From an uncultured bacterium (GTDB lineage: Bacteria; Spirochaetota; UBA4802; JAGODF01), in the NCBI GenBank assembly GCA_937921485.1, contig CAKZSV010000012.1, positions 75,688-139,687 on the forward strand: a DNA stretch of 64,000 nucleotides. Reading direction: 5' to 3'. The translations under genes and the position numbers were made by a program. Position 1 is the first letter of the stretch. Each line of letters begins with the position of its first letter. Positions 1 through 9,048 of the stretch are shown here, piece by piece. The notes below the pieces were generated by a model. It had not been told where the DNA came from. It did not search any database and saw nothing but the letters and a program-made list of their open reading frames with translations.

Positions 1-1
1 G

Positions 2-700
2 TGCGATATTGTCACGACTGATGATGTTCAATTTGCAGCCCGATGCCTTCGAGCAATTTTTTTTAGCGAAAAGCAGCCAACAAGGGGCGCCATTCATCTT
101 ATGAGCGATGCATCGCCTTTTTTGCGCCTGCTCGGAAAAGTGGCGCGCCGGTTTAACTATGGCGTAAAGATTGCAAACTCAACGGATGAATTAATTCGTC
201 TTTCAGAAAAAGAAACACCGGCACTTTTTCTCGTCGATATGGACACGATCGGCTTCGACAGCATTGAATTTGCCAAAAAATCTTCAGCTTCATCCTCAAT
301 AAAAAAAGCGCCGCTCATCCTCTACAAGGACACACGCAATGGCCTTTTTGTGCACGATTTTAATCCGGCAATGCAGCGCCTCGCGAAAGTGATACTCTCA
401 AAGGAAGAGCTTTTAAATCTTCTCCTCACGCTTTTTTTTCTTTCGGGGATTGCATCTCCTGCACATGTATTCACTGCATTTCTGCAGAGAGCCGATCTTT
501 CAGGCGCACAAAGCTTCAGAGAAATCTTTTATGCCGGCGGTCCGGATTTGTGCTACACGGGGAATTGTTTTTCTCATGAATGCTTTGGCGCACTGGCGAA
601 AGCGGGTGAGAACATCATCAATCTCATCGAGCGAATTGAACCGCTTCGCTGGCTTGTTTCGCCTCTGGAAAAACGCCCTACCTGCGCAGGGGGTGTCTGA
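2..700 (+). CDS. Hypothetical protein, 5'-truncated by the window edge, with a degenerate receiver (CheY-like) segment
   Basis: The frame of ORF 101..700 is open back to position 2. The segment 'VKIANSTDELIRLSEKETPALFLVDMDTIG...KAPLILY' resembles a receiver fold. Confidence 0.5.
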   Translation, partial: CDIVTTDDVQFAARCLRAIFFSEKQPTRGAIHLMSDASPFLRLLGKVARRFNYGVKIANSTDELIRLSEKETPALFLVDMDTIGFDSIEFAKKSSASSSIKKAPLILYKDTRNGLFVHDFNPAMQRLAKVILSKEELLNLLLTLFFLSGIASPAHVFTAFLQRADLSGAQSFREIFYAGGPDLCYTGNCFSHECFGALAKAGENIINLIERIEPLRWLVSPLEKRPTCAGGV

Positions 701-1298
701 GCTTCGAGGGAAGATCGGCGATGATTGAAAGCGAAAGCTCCCGACGTTTTTTTTCTTCGATGTCGGCGGGTGCGCAGGGGCGGACATCCCGATGACAATT
801 TTTGCAGAGCCGTTCCCGCGCCTTAATTCCCTCAACGCTTAGGATGGGATACATGCCAAGCGAAATGGCTTTTTTATAGGCATTTTCCCGGTCGATGAAC
901 GACGCATGATTGCTGAATTCGAAATAATCTCCTCCCGGGCCGTGGCATGCCTCACAGCCCACACCCTCGCTTTTCACCGCATCACTTTTCCCTGCGCCGG
1001 TGGTGTGGCATTTGAGGCAGCGGAGATCTGCATGCGGGACGTCAACACCGGCTTTCTGGGCAATTTCTTTTGCCTTGCCGCTTTTTAAGCGCATAAACGC
1101 GTTTGCATGACTCGATGCTGTCCAGATGCGATACTGATTGCCGATCGAGTCCATCCCATGGCACTTTTTGCAGACATCCACCCCCACATAGTCGGCGGCC
1201 CGGCGGCGGGAAAGCGCGAAATCGTCAAGCAACACGCACAACGCAATCACGCAAATACCAAAGGCCAGCACATATGTGCCTGTCTGATTCATCCGCAT
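678..1298 (-). CDS. Tetraheme c-type cytochrome (cytochrome c554-like family), N-terminal signal/anchor
   Basis: Four CxxCH motifs (CKKCH, CLKCH, CEACH, CKNCH), plus 'YVGVDVC', 'W..S.HA.AF' and 'GVGCEACHGPG' typical of c554-like proteins. Confidence 0.85.
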   Translation of the reverse strand: MRMNQTGTYVLAFGICVIALCVLLDDFALSRRRAADYVGVDVCKKCHGMDSIGNQYRIWTASSHANAFMRLKSGKAKEIAQKAGVDVPHADLRCLKCHTTGAGKSDAVKSEGVGCEACHGPGGDYFEFSNHASFIDRENAYKKAISLGMYPILSVEGIKARERLCKNCHRDVRPCAPADIEEKKRRELSLSIIADLPSKLRHPLRR

Positions 1299-1426
1299 GC
1301 ATCCAGAGTAGTGAGAGGAAATTATTCGTGCAAGTACTTTTACCGGCGGGATGGTTTTTTTGCGGTAAGGGAAAAAGAAAGCGCCCAGGAGAGCGCTTTC
1401 TTATCGATCCAATCAGCAAAATATGC

Positions 1427-2647
1427 TTAGATGAAAATCTGCGCCTGGATGGTAACCACGCGCTGATTGGGATACTCATCAAGATCGGTACCGCTTACAA
1501 CTTCTCCGAACGGCATCTGGTATTCAAGCTTGATGTTGGCATTGTGGCCGTTGATGAAATAGTTCAGGCCGAAGGTGAGATAGCTCACCGTCACATCGTC
1601 GTTACCAGCAGCTTCCTGGTATTTCCAGGACGCGAATTTAATGACAGGCTGCCATGTGCTGTTCAGGAGAAGGCCTGCCTGCGCAAAATAGCCGTATTCT
1701 TTTTCAGGCATGGTAAGACCGGGTATACCAAAAAGCGATAATGTTGTTCCCGGTCTATTCTTCACGTTCACGTATCCGGCCTGGAATGCCACCACCATAT
1801 CGGGAGAAACAGGATAATCGACGATCAGATCTACTGTCCAGGCAAGATAATCTTCCTGATTGCCGTCAACAATACGAGCATCCTTCATGTAATCGACACC
1901 CGCGCCGAAGGAAAGAATGGTTTTTTTGCCAAGATAATTGCCGCTGTAGAAGAAGCCTTCTTCGGCGTCTTTGAGGTTAATCTGCACGCGGCCGGTGACT
2001 CGAGGAAGACCGTTGTTGTTGATGTTGTCGCTGTCATCAGCTAGAGTTCCTGCACTTCTTTCGATTCCATCAAACAATCCAATGCGGTAATCGATCATCT
2101 TGTTGGCAAGAAGGCCGCGGAATTCCACGCCATAATCGCGCCATATCGTTGCTTCGGGTATATTAACCGCAGTGATGTTGTAGTTTACGCCAAGAAGCGA
2201 TGCCGCGGACTGCCGGTTATGGTGCATGAACGGAAGGAGAATCATGCCTGCGGCAATTTGCAGTTCATCAGCAACTTTGTAGTTGATGTACGCATCCTGT
2301 AAAAATGCAAAATGTCGTTCGCTCTGTGCTATGTTGCTAATGTCGACATTGTTTACAATATCCGTATCCACAAAGAACGTCACGTTGGGCGCAACCTGGC
2401 CGTTGAAAATCATGCGCATGCGCTTGGGTGCAAAATTGCTCGACCAGACCGCATCGCTGTCGGTTTCAACTTTGGTGTCCCATGTATACGTATTCGTATA
2501 CTGCATCTGAAACAACAGATGAAGGTCGATCCACCTGTCGGGACCATACGTGAGTTTTGCCACTCCCGCATCCTGTGCCTGGGCTGCCATCGGCATGCCG
2601 GCAAGTGCAGCTGCGAAGAGCGCTAAAAAGACAACTGCTTTCTTCAT
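1427..2647 (-). CDS. Outer-membrane porin (OprO/OprP phosphate-selective porin-like)
   Basis: Signal peptide MKKAVVFLALFAAALAG...AQA (start moved to the ATG at 2647), alternating beta-strand pattern, 'DAYINY', 'RDYGVE' and a C-terminal aromatic (QIFI). Confidence 0.75.
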   Translation of the reverse strand: MKKAVVFLALFAAALAGMPMAAQAQDAGVAKLTYGPDRWIDLHLLFQMQYTNTYTWDTKVETDSDAVWSSNFAPKRMRMIFNGQVAPNVTFFVDTDIVNNVDISNIAQSERHFAFLQDAYINYKVADELQIAAGMILLPFMHHNRQSAASLLGVNYNITAVNIPEATIWRDYGVEFRGLLANKMIDYRIGLFDGIERSAGTLADDSDNINNNGLPRVTGRVQINLKDAEEGFFYSGNYLGKKTILSFGAGVDYMKDARIVDGNQEDYLAWTVDLIVDYPVSPDMVVAFQAGYVNVKNRPGTTLSLFGIPGLTMPEKEYGYFAQAGLLLNSTWQPVIKFASWKYQEAAGNDDVTVSYLTFGLNYFINGHNANIKLEYQMPFGEVVSGTDLDEYPNQRVVTIQAQIFI

Positions 2648-2703
2648 GCTAAGCCTCCTGATTATATTTTTGCCAGAAATCGGCAATTACAAAAACGAGG
2701 ACA

Positions 2704-2732
2704 ATTATAATTTTATGTATATTTTCTGGCAA
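2704..2732 (-). promoter_or_regulatory. Sigma70-type promoter of the porin-cytochrome genes
   Basis: The minus strand reads TTGCCA-N17-TATAAT about 55 nt upstream of the porin ATG. Confidence 0.7.
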
Positions 2733-2733
2733 G

Positions 2734-2757
2734 AAAAAAAGGCCGCAGTGCGGCCTT
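2734..2757 (-). terminator. Intrinsic terminator
   Basis: Minus strand AAGGCCGC-act-GCGGCCTT followed by a T-tract, downstream of the small ORF at 2824..2997. Confidence 0.7.
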
Positions 2758-2823
2758 AACGTCAGAAGGCTTTTATGAAGAAGTATCCGGCGACATGTGC
2801 CCGCCGGTACGGTGCCATGCGTA

Positions 2824-2997
2824 TCAGTACAGAGCAGTAAGAAGTCTTCTTTCGAGTAAAACAAGTTTTATTAGCATTTTATAGATGATACGGTCAATGG
2901 AGCCCATGATTTTCTTTTCCGGCATGAATATCACAAAAAGCGCTTCGTTGATATTGCGCACAATCTGATATCCGGCTTCGCACATGCATTGGTGCAT
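2824..2997 (-). CDS. Small hypothetical protein (57 aa, below the ORF-track cutoff)
   Basis: AGGAG-N6-ATG, then MHQCMCEAGYQIVRNINEALFVIFMPEKKIMGSIDRIIYKMLIKLVLLERRLLTALY*, followed by a terminator. Confidence 0.5.
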   Translation of the reverse strand: MHQCMCEAGYQIVRNINEALFVIFMPEKKIMGSIDRIIYKMLIKLVLLERRLLTALY

Positions 2998-3175
2998 AAA
3001 AAACTCCTGAACTATTTATTTTATTCAATAATCAAATACGGTCTGGAAGTAAAAACATTATAAAAACGATATGAATTAAATATTAAAATTAGATTCTGCG
3101 CTGCCGCGATTTATTCTTTACAACGGCGGCGCGGGGACGGGATAATGGTGCCATCTTATGTCATGAGGTATTTGT

Positions 3176-4474
3176 ATGTTTATACAACGCTTGCGCGATC
3201 TCACTTCAAAGGAACTCGACGCGTTTTTCAATCGTTTTGGAGATGATTTTAGTGCAGTTCTTCTCAATACCGTCATTCCCATCGTGAACGACGTGCGAGA
3301 GAATGGCGATGCGGCGGTGAAGAAATATACGAAAAAATTCGATAGCGTCGATCTCCCATCTCTCATTGTATCTGACAGCGAATTTGAAGCTGCGGCGAGG
3401 TGCATTGACAGAGCCGTTTTTGATGCATTTTTAGAAGCAAAGAAAAATATTGAAGAATTTCATTCCCGCCAGCTTAAAAACATTCTCTCCTACACCAGAA
3501 GCGACGGAACTATGCTCGGCGTGTATCATCACCCCATTGAACGTGCGGCGGTCTATGTTCCCGGCGGTAAAGCAGCATATCCATCAACGGTGCTCATGGG
3601 TACGCTACCCGCAAAGATAGCCGGCGTGAAGGATATTTCCATCATCACCCCTCCCACCAAGGAGGGAGGCGTTCATCCGATGGTGCTTGCACTCTGCCGC
3701 GAACTCGGCGTCAGCCGTGTGGTGAAATCGGGCGGAGCGCAGGGAATCGCCGCCGCGGGATTCGGCACAGAAACAGTTGCGAAGGCAGACATCATAGTCG
3801 GTCCCGGCAATATCTATGTAACAGCGGCGAAGACCTATCTTTTCAGTTTGGGTGTGGTACAGATCGATTCGCCGGCCGGCCCGAGCGAAGTGCTTATCAT
3901 CGCCGATGAAAGCGCGAATCCCCGCTGGGTGGCATGGGATCTGCTCTCGCAGGCAGAGCATGAGGAGATGGCACTTTCGGTACTTGTAACCACTTCTGAG
4001 AAGCTGGCAAGTGAGGTGGCGTCGTATATACGCGAGGATCTGGAAAGCGGGCGGGGACGCAGCGAAATAAAGAAAAAATCCATAGAGCGCGGCTGTTCAA
4101 TTCTCATAGCGGATTCAATTGATGAAGCGATTGATTTTTCAAACCGGTATGGACCGGAGCACATGGAGATGATGGTTGAAAACGCAAGGGAATTCCTTCC
4201 CCGCATAAAAAACGTAGGATCGCTCTTTCTGGGACAGTATGCTCCCGTCGCGGTGGGAGATTATTTCTCCGGCACGAATCATATCCTTCCGACAGGAGGA
4301 ACCGCGCGCTTCACCTCTGGAGTTTCAGTGGATACCTTTCTGCGGCGGACTACCTTTCAAGAGCTTTCTTATGAGGCGCTCGCGAAAGCGCGGACATCGG
4401 TGGTCCTTATGTCGAAATCGGAGGGTTTCGGCGATAAACACGGCGGGTCGGTTGAAGTGAGGTTTGAAAAATAA
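3176..4474 (+). CDS. hisD: Histidinol dehydrogenase
   Basis: Motifs 'YVPGGKAAYPSTVLM', 'GPGNIYV', 'AGPSE', 'DLLSQAEH', 'PEH' and 'GDYFSGTNHILPTGG'. Confidence 0.97.
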   Translation: MFIQRLRDLTSKELDAFFNRFGDDFSAVLLNTVIPIVNDVRENGDAAVKKYTKKFDSVDLPSLIVSDSEFEAAARCIDRAVFDAFLEAKKNIEEFHSRQLKNILSYTRSDGTMLGVYHHPIERAAVYVPGGKAAYPSTVLMGTLPAKIAGVKDISIITPPTKEGGVHPMVLALCRELGVSRVVKSGGAQGIAAAGFGTETVAKADIIVGPGNIYVTAAKTYLFSLGVVQIDSPAGPSEVLIIADESANPRWVAWDLLSQAEHEEMALSVLVTTSEKLASEVASYIREDLESGRGRSEIKKKSIERGCSILIADSIDEAIDFSNRYGPEHMEMMVENAREFLPRIKNVGSLFLGQYAPVAVGDYFSGTNHILPTGGTARFTSGVSVDTFLRRTTFQELSYEALAKARTSVVLMSKSEGFGDKHGGSVEVRFEK

Positions 4475-5128
4475 TCACCACTCCACGATTTTCCATCCGC
4501 GCTTTTTCGCCAGCCTGCGAAGCTTCCGATCGGGCGTGACGCAGACGGGGTTTCCCACGCGTTCCATGATATGCATATCGGCAAGGGCATCGCCGTAGTA
4601 CCAGGCTTTTTCCATGTCAAAGTTATGTCGTATGCAATATTCCATTGCCTTTTTGAGCTTCACGGGTCCGTAGCAGTAATCGCCGTCTAAATTTCCCGTG
4701 AAAATGCCGTCCCGCACTTCAAGCTTTGTGGTGATGATATCATCCATGCCGAGATACTCCCTCACCGGTTGGCAGCCATAATTGGTAGACGCGGAGAGGA
4801 TTACCGTGCGCGCGCCGTTTTCGCGGTGGCGGCGGATTTCTTCAAATGCGGATATCCTGATGTGCGGTTTCACCATTTTATCAAACCAGAGAATCGTATG
4901 TTCCAGCGTCTCGCGTTCAGGCAGCCCCCGGTATTTCATCACCCATTTTTTTATCACCTCTTCTGTGGCGAAAAAACCAAAGCGATGGAGAATCGAAAGG
5001 AAAATTCCCTTCGTTAGGTCAAGTTTGCCAATCATTCCTTCGTCGTGAAGATACCTGATGTAGAGGCGCGCACTGCTGGTATCGAGTATTGTGTGGTCTA
5101 AATCGAAAAACGCTACATAGCGGTGCAT
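4475..5128 (-). CDS. HAD-superfamily subfamily IB hydrolase (SerB/PSPase-like)
   Basis: 'FFDLDHTI' DxD motif, 'LSAS' and 'YYGDALADM'. Confidence 0.9.
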   Translation of the reverse strand: MHRYVAFFDLDHTILDTSSARLYIRYLHDEGMIGKLDLTKGIFLSILHRFGFFATEEVIKKWVMKYRGLPERETLEHTILWFDKMVKPHIRISAFEEIRRHRENGARTVILSASTNYGCQPVREYLGMDDIITTKLEVRDGIFTGNLDGDYCYGPVKLKKAMEYCIRHNFDMEKAWYYGDALADMHIMERVGNPVCVTPDRKLRRLAKKRGWKIVEW

Positions 5129-5266
5129 GCAAGCTTCCTTAAACTTGTGTTGTATCCTGAAAACATCACCCGATTATGCTTTTTTCTGATTGACAATCTG
5201 ATGCTCTGAGCTATTGATAGAGAAATGCGAATAAAAATCAACAATTGTTTTAAAGAAATTTAACCA

Positions 5267-5887
5267 ATGAACATGCGTGTGATGATGAAAACAATTGCGC
5301 TTGCGGCCATCATAATCCTGCCATTTTGCCAGACATACTCCCCGCGCGAGCAGGAGGTTCTGGATTTTTCGAAGGGCAATACGACCGGCTACGAGAAATA
5401 TCTGGTCGAGATCGGCCAGTACACCACCGGCGGAAAAGTGTACCACGAAAAATATTATGCGCATCTTTTAGGCATTGCGAGGATGGCATCGGAAAAATAC
5501 AAACTGTCGTTGATTAAAAACAGCATCGGTTTTTATCACGATAAAAAATCGAAGGATGTGACGAAGCTCTATCTCGGCGTGGACTTCATCGTGCCCTCGA
5601 AAGAGGATTATCCCTACGGTGCGATGGTGGAACATCTCTTGAAGAAACATCTTTCGGATTTTCTGTTCATCACGCAGTCATGCCAGAGCATATTCGATGA
5701 GCCGGATATTGCCGGATCGGTTATTGGGATGCGGTGGAATGATGGAGCAAAAGGGAATATGTTCAATTTCTGGATAGAAAAAAAAGACGCAGAGCTTTTC
5801 GAAAAAAACCGCATTACGCTTGCAGAACTCATCGAGCGGAACACCATCACCAACGCGTCGGGGCAGATTATACGGCTGAGGAAGTGA
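5267..5887 (+). CDS. Hypothetical lipoprotein
   Basis: Hydrophobic N-terminus ending 'ILPFC', a spirochaete-like lipobox; protein-like composition. Confidence 0.65.
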   Translation: MNMRVMMKTIALAAIIILPFCQTYSPREQEVLDFSKGNTTGYEKYLVEIGQYTTGGKVYHEKYYAHLLGIARMASEKYKLSLIKNSIGFYHDKKSKDVTKLYLGVDFIVPSKEDYPYGAMVEHLLKKHLSDFLFITQSCQSIFDEPDIAGSVIGMRWNDGAKGNMFNFWIEKKDAELFEKNRITLAELIERNTITNASGQIIRLRK

Positions 5888-5899
5888 AGAAAACTGGTA

Positions 5900-6851
5900 T
5901 TAATCTCCTTTTTTTCGAGTTTTGAATCTCGAGATGAGTGCATTTAATTTTTCGGCACTGGCAGATAACTCTTCTGAAGAAGCGGCGATTTCTTCAGAAC
6001 CTGTGGCCGTTTCTCGTGTAAAAAGCACGACTTTTTCCATTAACGTTTTTATATGTTCACTATTGGTTTTTTGAAATCCTGCAATTTCAATAATATTGCC
6101 GGAGTTCTTATTAAGTGAGTTCATTACATCGCTGATGTGTATGTTTTGATCTCTCTGGATATCCGCCAGCTCTGCAATGGCTTCTATCATGGCATCATTA
6201 CCTGTAATTATATTTCTAATATTTTCATTTACTGTTCGTATGCTATCAACGAGCGAATTGCCGTTTTGCACATTGCTTTCAATTTCAAGAGAAAGCGCGT
6301 GGATTTCCTTCACCTGATTTGACGTGCTGTCGGCCAGCTTACCAATCTCCTCTGCGACGACTGCAAAACCTCTTCCCGCTTCGCCCGCGCGCGCAGCTTC
6401 TATTGAAGCGTTCAGCGAAAGCAGGTTAATTTGATCGGATATGTCATTGATCATGGAGACGATGTCTTTGATTCGATTCGATGACTGCACGATTGCCGCC
6501 TTTTGTATCCGATTCTGAAGCAAAAATCTTTTCCAGGTATTCCCTGCTGAATTTATCTTTGTCCTCCGGTTTGACCCATAAAGCAATACATTCTTCAAGG
6601 GATAGTTTTTTATAATTAAAACTTATGAAATCATCTGCTTTTAGATTATTCGATGCAATGTTCTCAGCTATAATACCCTGAATTTGTTTCGATGCTACTT
6701 TTGCGAAATCCGCAGCTTTCTGTTTGGATTCTTCAATGAGATAATTTCTCAACAAAATAAAGGCAAGTCCGCTCATTATGACGAAAACGCAGATAACGAC
6801 GATTAGAACCCGGAAAGATGTTTTCTGAGCAATTTTGGTTGATGTAAACAT
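5900..6851 (-). pseudogene. Methyl-accepting chemotaxis protein with a large internal deletion and frameshift
   Basis: The N-terminal TM and periplasmic start (6851..~6520) is joined out of frame to the MCP signalling hairpin ([36 protein letters not shown], to 5900). The second TM and HAMP are missing. Confidence 0.75.
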
Positions 6852-7034
6852 TGCACTGCCTCAAAAATTAGAATATCCTAACATTTTGGTAGTATGAAAA
6901 TGTAATTTTACTATACATAGATTAAAATGCAATATTTTTTTGTCATTATAAAAGAATTGACAATATGCAGTTCGGATAATTTTACTACAGGAGAAATTAT
7001 GTTGTCAGTTTCAGCGATTTAAAATGTCAGAATT

Positions 7035-7253
7035 TTGGAGATTGTTGTAATGAGAGCAAAAGAGTTGATGGCATGCAGCTTTATAGTCTTTTTTCTTTTT
7101 TTTTGTTCCCGCTTACCCAATGATACCATTGTTTCTGAATATACAGAAAAAGTGAACAGGGACGTTCATTTCAGTGGAAGCAAAATTGCGCTGGTGAAAT
7201 TTTTTTCAATGTTCGATAAGCCCGATCGCTTTCCTGTTGTGGTACCTGAGTGA
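7035..7253 (+). pseudogene. Probable truncated lipoprotein stub
   Basis: Lipobox-like 'FFLFFC' followed by only about 45 residues before a stop. Confidence 0.35.
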
Positions 7254-7262
7254 TGCATCGTC

Positions 7263-7793
7263 TCACTCAAAACGAAATCCCTTCGCGATTTCCTTAAACA
7301 TCGGCGCGTAGCGTTCGAATTTATCTTCCGCGGCGGAAAAGGTGATGAGATAGCCTTTCTTCTGCCTGACCGTCAGATACTGCAATACCTTGATCTTCAG
7401 CGGCCCCATTTTATGCGAGATTATGTCGAAGCGGAAGTCCGTTCCGTCGATGCGCTCAATGCCGTTTCCATGCTGCGCGAAATCAGCTGCGAATTGTTTG
7501 AAAAGCGGAATGCCCTTCTGATAGTATTCATCCGAAGTCATGTTCGTCGGGAGTTCCTCAACGAGCACATTGAAATTTTCCCTGAAGCTGTCTTCCGGCC
7601 CTTCGGCGGAGCTTACGGCAATGAGGTCGGTGTTCATTTTTCTTTCTTCAATATCCCAGCCTGACGGCACCTGTATGGAAAAGCCCTTTTCGCGATTGTA
7701 GTAGCGCCCCTCTTCTCTCTTTTTGCAGGAAATCATAAATATTCCGGAAAAAATGACAGATGCGGCAACAGCTCTTTTAATAGTATTTTTCAT
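7263..7793 (-). CDS. PsbP/DcrB (Mog1p-like) family lipoprotein
   Basis: Lipobox 'MISC', 'FSIQVPSGW' and a C-terminal 'YLITFSAAEDKFERYAPMFKEIAKGFRF'. Confidence 0.7.
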   Translation of the reverse strand: MKNTIKRAVAASVIFSGIFMISCKKREEGRYYNREKGFSIQVPSGWDIEERKMNTDLIAVSSAEGPEDSFRENFNVLVEELPTNMTSDEYYQKGIPLFKQFAADFAQHGNGIERIDGTDFRFDIISHKMGPLKIKVLQYLTVRQKKGYLITFSAAEDKFERYAPMFKEIAKGFRFE

Positions 7794-7804
7794 TATGTAA
7801 CCTC

Positions 7805-8956
7805 TTAAAATTCAATATTGAGAAACGCGATGTCATCGTTTGGGGGTTGTCCGCCGGTGAAAAGGCGAATTTCTGCAAGGAGGCTATCGCAAAATGCCGA
7901 TCCTTTCACATCGGCATTGTTCAAAAGGTAGCGCGCAAGCCTCTTTTCGCCGAATTCTTCGCGTTTGGCGTTCTTAATTTCCGTGATGCCGTCGGTGTAG
8001 AGGAAGAGCCTGTCGCCCTCCTGCACATTGAGGGATTTTTCCTCGTATTCGGTATCATCCTTGATGCCGACAAAAAGGCCGTCCGTGTCCAGCGCTAAAA
8101 TTTTCCCCGAAGCGCGGCGAAAATACAGCGGGCGTGCGTGCCCCGCGTTTGTGAATCGGATGCACCGGTGTTCGGAATCGTAAATGAGATAAAACGCGGT
8201 GATGTACTGGTTGTCTAAGATAAGCTTTCGGATTTCGTTATTAATGCGCGAGAGCAGGACATGCGGCGAATCAATCTGCGAGGCGTAGAGGCCGAACATC
8301 ATCTTCGACATGGTCATCACCATCGCAGCCGGAATGCCGTGTCCAGTGACATCGGCGATGAGAATTCCCGTATCATCGCCGAGCTTGTAGCAATCGAAAA
8401 AATCTCCGCCGATGTCTTCAATCGGCAGATAGCGCCCGGAAATTTTCGGGTATTGAATGTGATCAAAATCGCGGGGGATGATGAATTGCTGGACTTTCTG
8501 TGCGATTGAAAGTTCTTTTTGAATCATCCGGTTTTTTTCGTATAGTTCATCATGGGTCTTTTTGAGTCGGATGAGGGAATTCACGCGGGCAAGCAGCTCG
8601 TTTTCGTTCAGCGGCTTGATGAGGTAGTCGTCCGCTCCGATGTTGAGCCCTTTTATCTTGGTATTCAGGTCTTCCGAACCGGTCATCAGAATCACGGGCG
8701 TGAAATCGTCTTTCAGCCTATTTTTAAACTGTTCGATAAATCCGAACCCATCGAGGTTCGGCATGATGATGTCAACGAGCACCAGGTCGAATTTGTGGTT
8801 CTTTAAAATTTCAAGGCCTTCAATGCCGTCGGATGCTTCATGTACCTCCATATTTTCATGGGTGAGCGTCTTTTTGACAATCGCGCGGTTCAGCTTGCTG
8901 TCGTCGATGACGAGCACTTTTGGATTTTCGTATCGTTTTTCCCGTGAAGATGGCAT
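7805..8956 (-). CDS. Response regulator receiver + PP2C/SpoIIE (RsbU-like) phosphatase
   Basis: Receiver motifs 'VLVIDD', 'DIIMP' and 'GADDYLIKP'; SpoIIE motifs 'IGGDFFD', 'ADVTGHG', 'YTDGITE' and 'DDI'. Confidence 0.92.
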   Translation of the reverse strand: MPSSREKRYENPKVLVIDDSKLNRAIVKKTLTHENMEVHEASDGIEGLEILKNHKFDLVLVDIIMPNLDGFGFIEQFKNRLKDDFTPVILMTGSEDLNTKIKGLNIGADDYLIKPLNENELLARVNSLIRLKKTHDELYEKNRMIQKELSIAQKVQQFIIPRDFDHIQYPKISGRYLPIEDIGGDFFDCYKLGDDTGILIADVTGHGIPAAMVMTMSKMMFGLYASQIDSPHVLLSRINNEIRKLILDNQYITAFYLIYDSEHRCIRFTNAGHARPLYFRRASGKILALDTDGLFVGIKDDTEYEEKSLNVQEGDRLFLYTDGITEIKNAKREEFGEKRLARYLLNNADVKGSAFCDSLLAEIRLFTGGQPPNDDIAFLNIEF

Positions 8957-9048
8957 TCAATTTGTCCGTGTACGGCGATATCGAGCGCAAAATATCGAGC
9001 GCAAAATTAACATTTACTCGGAAAAAATGCAAGAAAATAATATTCTGC

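Noticed and set aside
2734-2900. Riboswitch or attenuator controlling the porin
   Set aside because: The porin has its own consensus promoter downstream of the terminator, and the terminator is explained by the small upstream ORF.
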